A program made the position numbers and the translations under genes. Shown here in pieces: positions 45,501-57,744 of a stretch of DNA of 64,000 nt. Source of the DNA: Bugula neritina (taxonomy: Eukaryota; Animalia; Bryozoa); assembly GCA_964035545.1 (NCBI GenBank), contig OZ037767.1, positions 22,770,628 to 22,834,627 of the forward strand, written 5' to 3'. The notes under the pieces were generated by a model, which worked only from the letters and a program-made list of their open reading frames with translations, did no database searches and was not told where the DNA came from. The stretch's first letter is position 1, and the number at the start of each line of letters is the position of its first letter.

Positions 45501-48500
45501 CTTATAGTCCATAGTTATTAGTCACTACACAATAGTATATAGTCACTACTCACTAGTGTGTAGTCACTACTCACTAGTATATAGTCACTAATTACTAGTG
45601 TATAGTCACTACTCACTAGTATATAATCACTACTCACTAGTGTATAGTCACTACTCACTAGTATATAGTCACTACTCACTAGTATATAGTCACTACTCAC
45701 TAGTGTATAGTCACTACTCACTAGTGTATAGTCACTACTCACTAGTGTATAGTCACTACTCACTACTATGTAGCGTGTGCTCTACTATAGGTTGTATTAG
45801 CTACTCACTCATCACCTGTGCTGTATTTAAATACAATGTTAGTCTACCATCAGCACAATACATACTCTACTATGTCATTGAAACATCTGCTACTTTAGGG
45901 TAGACTTTTGCCTTCCTTTTGCAAAACTGAATGATCACTTCAATATAATATGATTTAATAAATAGAAATGGGGAATATATTGTGTATTTATGGTGTTGAC
46001 AACTCCTACTTAATATGAAGCAAAGCTAGTTAGTTTCTACAGCTGGTTAAAGCACTGTCTCTACTGAACTTAAGTGTAGTTTTTACAAATACAGCTGAGA
46101 AAAACTGTTGAAATTTTAAGTCCACTCTGCGGGGATCAAAGAGCTTACTTAATAAGCACCGAAAGTGCATTTCTAGTGACTGCATCTTTCCTAGCCATAA
46201 CACGGTTTTATGAAATAGGTTATGCGGTGTTGTAAACCCTGAGGTTTGGTTATCTATCAGACAGGGAAACTCAGCTAAGTTACCTAAGTTTCCCTGTTAA
46301 AATATTAAAAATACTTCTAAAAACTTCCCTAAATCAGCAGCTCGCGTGCAAAAATAGGTTCGAAATATGAATGTAACTACTAACTTGACATCTGAAATTG
46401 GTATAACTGGTGTAAATCATAGATGGGTGCTATAACTTGTAGTTGTCAATTCAAATTCACTTTGATTTGCTACACTGGTGAAACACATTTCAGCTGCTAG
46501 CAACTTCTAACACAGCTCTTTGCTGCTCTAATTAGTTTAAAGTCAGCTTCTGCTTTTTCTTAGCCCAAGTTTTTTTTATTTTTATATTATAGCCTACTAT
46601 TACCATTGATGAGGCCTGGCTAATATATAACCACAAAGAGTAAGTGTTTGAATTGTCTGCTCCATCAGCCTTGCGTTACTTAAAAACCTTGACCTGTTTG
46701 CTCGTGCTTGTGAATGAAAAATATGGCCTGCATTATTCTTTTGTACACTTAAGGTTTCACAATGACTAGAAGAACTATGTACAAGTGCACTCTGTTTAGT
46801 ATAGCTATACTAATAAGTAAATTATATACTATATTTATACACTATTAGCTAGTAATTACTTCATTGCGAACTTATGTTACAGTTAAATATTGTACAAGTG
46901 ATAGAAACCAAATATCCTTCACGTTTTAAAAATGTGTGTGCATAAATATCTAATCTGGTTTGGGTGAATTAATCATTGCTAACTTTTTATCTAACTACAT
47001 GGAAAGTGAAAATACTGACTGCGTTGGTTTCTAATAGGTCTGCACCACTTTTTATGATGGAATACAATAAATGGACTCGTTAGCTTTCAGCATTTCTTGT
47101 GGGTTCTTGTCCGATACGTGTAAAGCTCTAATATACCTAGCAACTAGGCTGAACCTTTTTCTCTTGGGAAGTTTGCTATGGCTTCTAGCAACGGAAAATT
47201 ACCCTCTACTAGTTTTTATTATCAACCATTCTTGGAATATGACTTAACAAATCTCGTAAATTCATAAACTGGTGTTTTTTGTATTCCACCATAAACATTG
47301 TGGCTCAACGATAATAAATTTATATTACCGGAAGCTTCCTCATTTTTATAATTAATGTGGCTATTATATTTTATATTACTATGTTATCATGTATAGTGTT
47401 GTTTTTCTATTATGCATTATATCACTATATTCCTATATAATGTATTTCTATTCTATTATATATTATATTACTATATTGCTATATTACTTTTTCTGAGTTA
47501 CATAAGCCATTTTCCTCTTTTAATTTGTTTCACTGTGAACGGGAATAAGTATTACACCATCTTAATGTGCTGTGTCGAATGGTAAGGGGGTTATAAGAGT
47601 AGGAATCTACCTATACGTTTACTAGTGCTAGTAGCTTGTTACATTTCTCATACTATTTTACTTCACTCTGCTGCATGCCCAGATTCTTATTCATCTGTTT
47701 TGTTACAACTTCTGAACCGAAACTTTTCTTTTAGTTTGCTTGTTTGTACATGCACATATTGGGCAGGAATTTGGTGCATTTTTGGTGTTGTATATCACAG
47801 GCTGACAAATAATATTATTTTAATGGCCATGTTTAATTTATATTTTGAGTAAACTAGAATTTTCCACGCACGACCCTTTGATGTATCTAATTGAACTATT
47901 TGCATTGCAGGTTAATTGCTGTATTGCTTTTAGTATAGGAATTTAACTAAATTACTAAACATCCACTAGTCTCTTTGTTTCTACCTATTTCTGCATATGG
48001 GGCTGGGCACTTTACCATAGCATGAGTTAGAGGTATTCTGCTAGATTTGTAGATATTCTAGTTAGCCAATTCATTGACGTTCTGTGTGCCTTTTTAATTT
48101 TCAAATGTAAATTTATTTTTCTCTCGATGCTAAATATTATTTTATGATTTTTTTATATTGAATTATTGACCTGGCTGGTCAAATCTTTTTCCAAATTCTG
48201 CTTGGAGTAGAAGTTACTAGAAATCTCTCATTTTCTGCCTTGGTCTTTGCAGATTATCAACCTTCTTATGACAGAAATGTGCGAATCAGTCAGAGTAATA
48301 TGTATCGTCCTGATGACGTGGGAAACAGAGCTTCATACACTCCGCCACAGCCTGCTCAGCCACCCCCACAATCCAACAGGTTCTCACAATATAACAATTC
48401 ATCCTTTTCGGGGCCACAACCCTACCGCCCCACCTCTGAGGTATTTAGTAACTACCGCAGTTCTTCCCCACCCAACAGCTATGCTGCTAGTAACGCCAGC

Positions 48501-48824
48501 TATGGGAACTCTCAGCTAATACAGCAACAGCACACGCCAGCGCAAGAACCTAGTATGCTGGCCGACACAGAACTCTCCTCTGGAAACACGCCTGGTGTGA
48601 TTGGAGCTCAGGAAGTCTATCGCGATCCTCGATCTCGAATTGAGGCTGAACAAAGGTCACAGAAGCCTAAAGGCGAAGCTGGAGATAGGCTGAGTTTCCG
48701 AGATAAGATGAAGATGTTTGCTGCAGAAGCTGGTGAAAACACTCCTATTCAGAGGCCCAAGTTGAGCAAGTCACAACGTGCTCTAGAGGAGTCTTTAGCA
48801 TATGGCAACGGGCATATTCCCTAA
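24519..48824 (+). CDS. AFDN: Afadin / canoe (RA1-RA2-FHA-DIL-PDZ-Pro-rich-C-terminal motif)
   Basis: Exon 1 at 24519-24623 (MDDISHIKRRELLTALIEEWNANRLDLFEISLPDE, absent from the ORF track) splices to 31714 (NLEYHGVMRFLFQD). Later exons give RA2 (GLLKIHGDSLNPGVPYKSLLLS), FHA (IEPHHAVIANIEGVVTVTP), DIL (RRCRVNAALTIQLFSQLFHFINMWLFN) and PDZ (GSMGLSIVAAK..DGNLKAGDQLLEVD). The last exon 48253-48824 has TPGVIGAQEVYRDPR and LSFRDKMKMFA. Confidence 0.95.
27500..27775. repeat. C/T low-complexity polypyrimidine tract
   Basis: Direct observation. Confidence 0.95.
30127..30283. mobile_element. MITE-like family A, diverged copy
   Basis: TAGGTGTAGTAATAG...AAACCTGTATTCTAGATT...TTTCAACCC...AAACCAAAATTT...CACCTA. 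Confidence 0.65.
30786..30960. repeat. 20-bp minisatellite (CTACCTGCAGTACACT..)
   Basis: About 8 tandem copies. Confidence 0.88.
32778..33122. repeat. 40-bp intronic minisatellite
   Basis: Unit TAACAGTGTATGTGTGTACTGTATAGTATATACTCTTCAC, about 8.5 copies. Confidence 0.92.
38815..39235. repeat. 20-22-bp minisatellite ending exactly at an afadin acceptor
   Basis: Unit ~TGTGTACTGTTACTCTGTAG; the last copy is the real acceptor at 39235. Confidence 0.92.
39428..39711. repeat. 20-bp intronic minisatellite
   Basis: Unit CTGTAATACTCTACCTACA(C). Confidence 0.9.
43942..44088. mobile_element. MITE-like inverted-repeat element (CACTG ends)
   Basis: CACTGCTTTTCCATTGCTTC (43942-43961) versus GAAGCAATGGAAACGCAGTG (44069-44088): 19/20 complementary, plus an inner ATGGATTT/AAATCCAT pair. 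No clear TSD. Confidence 0.55.
44443..44790. repeat. 21-bp intronic minisatellite
   Basis: Unit ACTAGTATATACACTTACACG/ATG. Confidence 0.9.
45518..45766. repeat. 21-bp intronic minisatellite
   Basis: Unit TAGTCACTACTCACTAGTGTA. Confidence 0.92.
47045..47305. mobile_element. Possible old MITE
   Basis: TTTATGATGGAATACAA versus TTGTATTCCACCATAAA, an inverted pair about 230 bp apart. Confidence 0.4.
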
Positions 48825-49510
48825 AGCTAATAAACCAAATATTTATCTGATGGTTTTAATTTAAAATTTTGGGTGTAGATTTTGTATTATGTTGATGTGT
48901 GCAATGTACAGGTATTATAAAATTTATTTAAGTTATATTACTTGACCATACAATCGATTGGAACTGTACTTGTCCATATATCCTTTAGTAGTAGAGTCTA
49001 ATATTTATCTTTCTTAATTTGAAATGAATAGCTATGAGTTACAAGGTTTTTAAACTAGAATATCAAATTATCAATTTTTAAACTTAGATATTAGTTTCTA
49101 GTAGTGATTTTACTATTTGTATATCTGTTATGTACATAATCACAATATGCATCAACTAGTGGCAGGCTTTGTTTCTCATATCTACTAATTATTGCCAATA
49201 GTTCTTTTTCTTGCAACACAACTTATGCAACTAGGTTTAGGACATTTTATGTGTTGATTTTCTACTTTTGCAGTGTACAATTAATATTCACAAAGCTTAT
49301 ATATGCTGCCTGGTAGTGGACATTTCTAAGTTTTATAACATATTAATCAATAAATATTTGTTTAATATAAAATTCATAAGTAAAATATTTAGTACTACTA
49401 CTACTACTACTTAGTACAAACTACAGTAACATTAAAAAAAGAAATTCAGTTTTATTTGGTGTAAGTCACCACAGTAAAAGCATAAATAATGTACATACAA
49501 CACCAATAAA

Positions 49511-52500
49511 TCACAATATTCGTTCAGCAATCTTTCTGAATGTAATGGTGTGGACCTGAGACCCTACAGTGGCCACCAATGTACAAGAGTTCATCACAGT
49601 TAACTTATTTATGCCATCCATACAATTAGTTGTGGGAAGTTTTATGGAGTAGATGAGACTACCACTTTCTAGGTCCCAGAAATAGAGAGTGTCTCTGCCC
49701 CCACTAACCAGTAACGTGTCCACTAGCACAGTGATGGCTCCAGAGTAGCTACAGTTATTTTTGTGTATGGAATGTACGAGGCGACCCGAAGATTTGTCCC
49801 AGATACACATCAGAGATTCCAGACTAGATGCTATGACGTAATTGCTAGATATTTGGAGATTGAGAACGGGGCCTATGAGACCAGTTAGTTTATGAATACA
49901 GGCACCGGTTAGCAGATCCCACAACCTTATGACCCCGTCTTCAGAGGCCGTCTGAGCTGTGGCTGTTTGCTCATCGGCTTGCAGCAGTATTATAGTGTCA
50001 TTATGTCCACGCAGAGTGTAGAGCAGATTAGCATCATCTGACCTGTACACATTGATTATCTTGTCTTCACAGGCTGTTAGACAGCGGCCACCTACATAGA
50101 GAGGACAATTTCCGTCAGCAAACAACTATAGAAATATATTCGATTGTAACTAGTAAAGCAATAACATTGAATATAACATAATATTTGCTATGGCCAGCAT
50201 TAGCAAATCAATAAAATTGAATATAACATACAAGGCTATGGCTAGTAAACCAATAAGATTGAATATAACATACTTGTTATGGCCATTAAATCAATAAGAT
50301 AGAATATAACATACTTGCTATGGCTAGTAAACCAATAGTACTTTGATGGGCTTTTACACTATGCAAAGTGTTGCAATGCATATCCATGTGTCGCCAACTT
50401 GGGTTAGTGCCCAGTGATCTTATACGCCTATGGCCTCGGTATGGGCCGGGATGAACGCCCCCCTCTTCAGTCTTGGTCATAGAAAGTGAGTAGCAAATCT
50501 CTATAAAATCTAGATATCCATCGGTGCGACCAGCTATCACTCTGAAAAGTAAGAAAAAGAGGCTTTGCTATGAACTTTTAGATTTGAAGATTGTTTCCAA
50601 TAGCAGAGTAGAAAACCATAAGTACTGTATATACATGAGGGAAATTTATATGCAGCCGAATAAGTTAGTTTTTAAACTTGAAAAGACTCTTTGAATTTAA
50701 TCGATACCTGACCTTTTTCTGGAGGAAATTCTACCTTGTCTGTCATAGTGGGGGTGCCAACATGCAAAAATGGGCAGGTGGAGCACATCAATACTAACCT
50801 TTGTTGCTATATATCACTGCAAAGCCAACATTCTACTGATCTCAGATCTACGAGTACCTTTTTTGTATCTGGGGGGGTTCTCTCGTGAGAGGGGTGGATA
50901 TACAGGGGTTCAGCATTTTTCAAGGGGGGACTATGGAACTCTAAATATTTAATTTTCTGAGTAGTTTAAGTTTGACATTAAAAATATTTTCAAGGAATGT
51001 TGTACACATATGAAACTTTTTCTAACAAAAGTTTTGACCAAAAATAAAAAAGTGGGCGGAGCCTATAATACGACAAACTACTTTTTTGCATATACCGGAT
51101 ATTCTCTAAACTGCTACTTTTCTGTTCTAGCATTTAGAATGTTGATTTTTGGTATGAAAATACTCTATTGTGTTCTAATAATGCTCTCCGGTTTTCATTA
51201 CATTCTGAACTATATAACATCTTTCCCAACCATGACAAATAAAAAACATAAAACGGGAGTTATCTCCTCTGTTATAAATTATTGCATTTCTACCCAATTA
51301 TATTGCTCTTTGTTGATAGGAACAACATCAGCACGATGAAAATGTATTCTTAGTGTATTTATATTAGCTTATTGACTTATTTTGAATAATTGATTACGAT
51401 CAATACTATTAAGTATTAATATTCAATATTTACTGTATAAATTGAGTGTCAGCAATAATTAACAGACCACTAATATTCGATTTTTTTATCCATAAGTATA
51501 GTAACATAAAATATAGTTCATAAAAAAGTAATATTATGATTTCAGCATCACAAGCAATTACTATGCTCTTTTATATCAGATATTGGTAGACATTTGTAAT
51601 TGTATTTATTTATAAATAAGATAGTATTTAAAATTTTAATTTACAATAGATCAAGCTTTATTGCAAAGTTTTGTTATCTCTAGCGTTTATATACCAAATG
51701 AAATATATTATAATTCTTCATCAGAACTGTGTCTGTTGCCATCATCATCATAATCAGGCTCTCTGTTTGAAAAAGAAGACTGGCCACTTTTGTTGTCGCA
51801 ATCGAAACATTCACATAAACCACAGCATTTCATCATCAGGCTCTTGCATTTGCATGCTTTACTCTTACAGCCTGCTTTTTTGCATTTACATGCTGTTAAA
51901 ATCACATCTGCGTTGCTCTCAAAATCATATTTTATTGGAGTCAAGTTAGTATCCCAACCATGGTCAAAAATTGGCTGATGAAGTAAAATAGGTGTAAAAG
52001 CAAGTTGCCAAAGTGTAACTTGATAATTGGCTCGTTTCACGTGATATTCTAGGGAAATCCTACTAGGTGGTAGCTGTGCTTCACTGGAGACATTTTTAAA
52101 GCCAATATTTTATATCTTGCTTCAGTGATATCATCATAGGCACCATATAGGTTGGAGACAAATCATTCACACTCTAAGTATGTTTTTTCTGATACTGGGG
52201 ACCAATCATCAGAACCTAAAGACAGATTATAGCTTTCCTTTTCAAGTACCTCTAAAGCACGCTTTTTAGATATTCGGAAGATAAAACTTACTGAGTCACA
52301 ACCTGTAAGTGCGTAGAGTGATAACAGATTCTTGAGAAATTTTTGTAGATTTTTTTGGCTAATTCAAAAAGAGATATATATCTTCTGTGACTCCCCATTC
52401 CAACGAAGATTACTAAATCTTTATTAGCCTGCTCAGTTAAAACATTACTAAGATGATGTTAAGCGCAATAATAGCAACATCGGTATCTACTGATCTTATT

Positions 52501-55500
52501 ACTACCAAATCGTAATCACTCAGTGCATCAGCTGCGTGAAGGATTAATCTCGTGTCTGCTTCATCATGATTGGATTTCAATTTGTTACAATTGTAACGGT
52601 AATGGTTTTGCAGAACACAGACTTCTTTGACACTACACACTAAAAATGTACCAGCTGGAATTTCCTCAATATGTCTACTCCATGCACCTTCACTATGTAA
52701 TCTACCAACTCATTTTTGTTGTGAATATTGCTCAGAAAAGCACTCCAGTTTTTAGGAACAGGCAGGTTGTTATGAATAATGGAAATAGAGCACATCTATT
52801 GGGCACCCCGTCTAATACGCTCTTGTGCTTTAATTGATGTTTCAGAATACACGTCAAACACTACATCAACCCTTGTATATCCTTTGCCACATTCAAGAAA
52901 TATTTCCAACATCTTCAGAGCATATAGCTATAAAAAGTGCCTGATGTTTTTGTCGAGTGAAGTATGCACATACCATCAATAATGATCGATTTGTTGGTGG
53001 ACAGTTGACTATCATCATTGGAGACCCTGTTTCCAAGATATTTCTGTTCCAAAATATGCATTAGTTGCAATTTGCATGTTTTTCTCATCTGTTCGTTTTC
53101 AGAAAATAGAGCAAAAGGAATGGAACCAATTTCTTTCTCTAGAACTGTATGCAAATCTTTGGCACTTTTCGCACTTATGAGAAGTTTAGCAAATGATATT
53201 TTAGGAACGTTTGGTTTAATGGCCGGTTGAAATGATTTAGCCACAAAGTCAAAGGAAGGGATTTTAAGCCGGTGAATAGCAGTGTAAAATGGTTTTATTG
53301 TATTCAAAAGTCTATCTTGAAAAAACTTTTGAGCCATTTCTCCTCCCTGAGCCATAGCAGTCACTATTGACAAGGAGGTCTCCGCATCGGGACTTACTCC
53401 AGTAGCAATATTAATAAGTTCAGTTGAATTATTGCTAAACAACTTAACATCAAACTGCTGCAATGTAAAAAGAATTGCTTGTATATCAATCTCATCCGTC
53501 ATAGTTGTAATGATTGTGTCTTCCTTGTGTAGTGTTGATGACTGTGAGGCTATTTGGCAAAAATCCTTTTGCAAAGAAAGCAGTTGGGCTCTGATATGAC
53601 TAGTTAAAAACCATTTTGTCCGAGCTTCTTCATGGTTGCTAATGCCAATAATGCCTCCAGATGTTTTACTGTCTCGGTTCAAAGTTTGCTCCAAGACCTG
53701 ATCTGGAGCCATATCTGCAAATTTTTTTCCTGTCCTGTTTATGGTGAATGAGCCCTTCGCAAACATTCCATAAACTTCTGGAGCAGATTCAGGCAAATTT
53801 AGCATATCAATAAGGTATATAGGCAGCCACCTTGAGTAGTTTGTGCGATCATACACAAAAAATACTGGTAGCATTGCCTGCATACTGTCCAAATATAATT
53901 GCCAGTTGCCACTACGCTCAGCTCAAATAAATCCCAACATGGCTTCTACTGCATGAAGGTAGGAATTCCAGAACATTGAAAGGTTAGACTTTAATTTAGT
54001 ATCAGAATCAAGCTTTTTATAGCAGTAGCAACTTTATCTGCGACAGTGGTCCATTCCCGTAAGTTAGCAATAGAAATAGTATGAGAATCTAATGGGTCAA
54101 ACTGATCATTTTCTTGAAGCCATTCCGAAAGAGATTTTAGTTTCTGCCTTGATATTGCCTCATACAAAATCTTGTGCGCCCGTACACCCCTGTTATAATG
54201 CTTACCACATAGCACCTGTTTCACTGTAACTTCAGAATATATATCACTGTGTACAAGAACTTGGGCGAGGCCGCTTGATTTTACCATTTTGCCAAGTGCT
54301 GCGATGTAATTCATCAAGATATGAAAACCGCCCATTCGAATTATTGTGTTTGAAAATTCAGTTGGTTTGTTTCATTGAATCTCTTTGGCAATCTTGTAGA
54401 TAGCTTAGTCAAATGTAATTACTGAATGTTTCTGATTTAAAACTTTCATAGTTTTCTTTAGCTGCAGAAGGATTGTATAAATTGTTGATGGATCTGTTGA
54501 TGGTGCATTAATCATTGGGCAATACCCAATGACTGATCTTTTATTATCTTCTGTGGCAACCAATTTTCTTACATTAAAGCTACTCCAGCTGGGGCAGTTA
54601 TGTGTAGAAGGACTTATATCCAATTGAAATAGTTTGATTGGGGCAAGTCTTGCCAATAGCCATGCTGTATTTAGATTACATGAATCCTCAAGTGACTTTT
54701 TCATATTCAGCAATGTCTCTTGACTAAGTTTTGTGATATCATATAAAATATGATTTTGAGAGCAACGCAGATGTGATTTTAACAGCATGTAAATGCAAAA
54801 AAAGCAGGCTGTAAGAGTAAAGCATGCAAATGCAAGAGCCTGATGATGAAATGCTGTGGTTTATGTGAATGTTTCGATTGCGACAACAAAAGTGGCCAGT
54901 CTTCTTTTTCAAACAGAGAGCCTGATTATGATGATGATGGCAACAGACACAGTTCTGATGAAGAATTATAATATATTTCATTTGGTATATAAACGCTAGA
55001 GATAACAAAACTTTGCAATAAAGCTTGATCTATTGTAAATTAAAATTTTAAATACTATCTTATTTATAAATAAATACAATTACAAATGTCTACCAATATC
55101 TGATATAAAAGAGCATAGTAATTGCTTGTGATGCTGAAATCATAATATTACTTTTTTATGAACTATATTTTATGTTACTATACTTATGGATAAAAAAATC
55201 GAATATTAGTGGTCTGTTAATTATTGCTGACACTCAATTTATACAGTAAATATTGAATATTAATACTTAATAGTATTGATCGTAATCAATTATTCAAAAT
55301 AAGTCAATAAGCTAATATAAATACACTAAGAATACATTTTTATCGTGCTGATGTTGTTCCTATCAACAAAGAGCAATATAATTGGGTAGAAATGCAATAA
55401 TTTATAACGGAGGAGATAACTCCCGTTTTATGTTTTTTATTTGTCATGGTTGGGAAAGATGTTATATAGTTCAGAATGTAATGAAAACCGGAGAGCATTA

Positions 55501-57697
55501 TTAGAACACAATAGAGTATTTTCATACCAAAAATCAACATTCTAAATGCTAGAACAGAAAAGTAGCAGTTTAGAGAATATCCGGTATATGCAAAAAAGTA
55601 GTTTGTCGTATTATAGGCTCCGCCCACTTTTTTATTTTTGGTCAAAACTTTTGTTAGAAAAAGTTTCATATGTGTACAACATTCCTTGAAAATATTTTTA
55701 ATGTCAAACTTAAACTACTCAGAAAATTAAATATTTAGAGTTCCATAGTCCCCCCTTGAAAAATGCTGAACCCCTGTATATCCACCCCTCTCACGAGAGA
55801 ACCCCCCCAGATACAAAAAAGGTACTCGCAGATCTGAGATCAGCAGAATGTTGGCTTTGCAGTGATATATAGCAACAAAGGTTAGTATTGATGTGCTCCA
55901 CCCGCCCATTTTTGCATGTTGGCACCCCCACTATCAAATAACATTTAATTGACAACGCGGTTGTGTGGTGTAAGCATATTATAATACTATAATATAGTGT
56001 AGGTATATTATAATATAGCATAGTGTAGGTATATAGTACTATAGCATAGTGTAGGTATATAGTACTATAGCATAGTGTAAGTATATAGTACTATAGCATA
56101 GCGTAAGTATATAATACTATGATATAGTGTAGGTATATTATAATATAGCATAGTGTAGGTATATAATACTGTAGTATGGAGTATAAAACAATACAATACC
56201 TATTTCCAAAGGTCTTTATGCTGGCAATTCCACTATCAATATGACTGCTGGGATATCTGTGTTTAAGAACTCCGTTAGAACTGTCCCAGAATTCAATACT
56301 ACCGTCGCTACAGCCAGCTACTATTAGACCGTCGTTGAAATCCAGACACCAGATGTTTGGTGAAGAGTAGAAGTGAAGAGGTCCTTCACTATAAACAGTT
56401 TAACTGATGGTGTTGAACAGAGAAATAAAGGATTGATAATATAATAAATTATATTTACATAACTGGATGGTGAAAACTTAGCCAACTGCACGTCAAGTGA
56501 CTATACGCCATGTGACTACACATCATGTGACCACAAGCCATGTGACTACAGGTCATGTGACCACAAGCCATGTGACTACAGGTCATGTGACTCACCCCTG
56601 AGGAGAGAGAGACCTCCCTTTATAGTCAAGGTTTTCATGAGCTGACGCCATCATATTACACTGTAACACAGCATAATATTATATTACATCTATTATATAC
56701 TGTAGCACATTATATTACATATATCCTATACTGACGTATATTATGTTTCATACAACACTTTACTGTAGCATAAGATACGACATATACCACATACATGATC
56801 ATTACATTACAGCATATTAAATGACATATATCATATGATTATGCCGTATATGTATTACATATACCATGCAGGGATTACACAGGTGGATCTATTTAAACTT
56901 AAATTACATTGCAGCATATCTTATCACAGAGTAACATATCATTTTATACTTAATATATTATTTGGTACTGTAACAAATCATATTACCCTGCATTATAATA
57001 TTGTATTGTAGCATATAATCTTCGATTGTTAAGATGCTATACAATATAGAAACACATTATAGTATATCACCAGGAAAGGTGGATGAGGAGTTATAATACC
57101 TGATTAACTCTTTCCTGTTCAATATCTCTAAGGCATTCTGGGAAGCTTCTTTTCTGCATGCTAGTGAACTGCGTGGAGACAAATGGAGCCAAGTCAAACG
57201 ACGCCACATCACGAGACTTTCCCAAGAAACTACACTTATTATACTCCCCGTTTCTTGGCGAATCTCCCGACGACTGAAACACATGCAATAGGAAACAGCC
57301 TTCAGCCATGCAAGTTAATTCATTTTTATTCTATAACAATATTTGATAAAACTCGTGATTATACGAGTTGAAGAGAACTGAAGGCAAGTGAAATGCTGAC
57401 TAGAGCAATAATCGCAGAGACGTGATTATGGCAATGATGACTCACCTGCTGCCGGTACAGCTTGGAGTCATCGTCAGCGTTACTGCTGAACAGAGGCAGA
57501 CAACTCCTGTCAATCTGCGACAGCGTCTCTCCTGTGTCACAGTTCCACGTGATGATGTCTCCAGCGAGGTCAGAGCAGACGATGCTGTCGGAGGAGCAGA
57601 CGAGACATTCTATTGGCTGAGAGAGTCCACTCATGTAGAGACTCGTCTCGTCACTCAGTATTTCCTGGTACCTCGGCTGTGCAACAATTAGTGTGTC

Positions 57698-57744
<47 letters not shown>

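Noticed and set aside
46261-46297. 11-bp-stem hairpin ACAGGGAAACT...AGTTTCCCTGT
   Set aside because: Too short and isolated; may be a MITE remnant.
51010-51339. Identical 109-aa ORFs at 51010 (+) and 55340 (-)
   Set aside because: A consequence of the Academ inverted repeat in AT-rich non-coding sequence; no domain.
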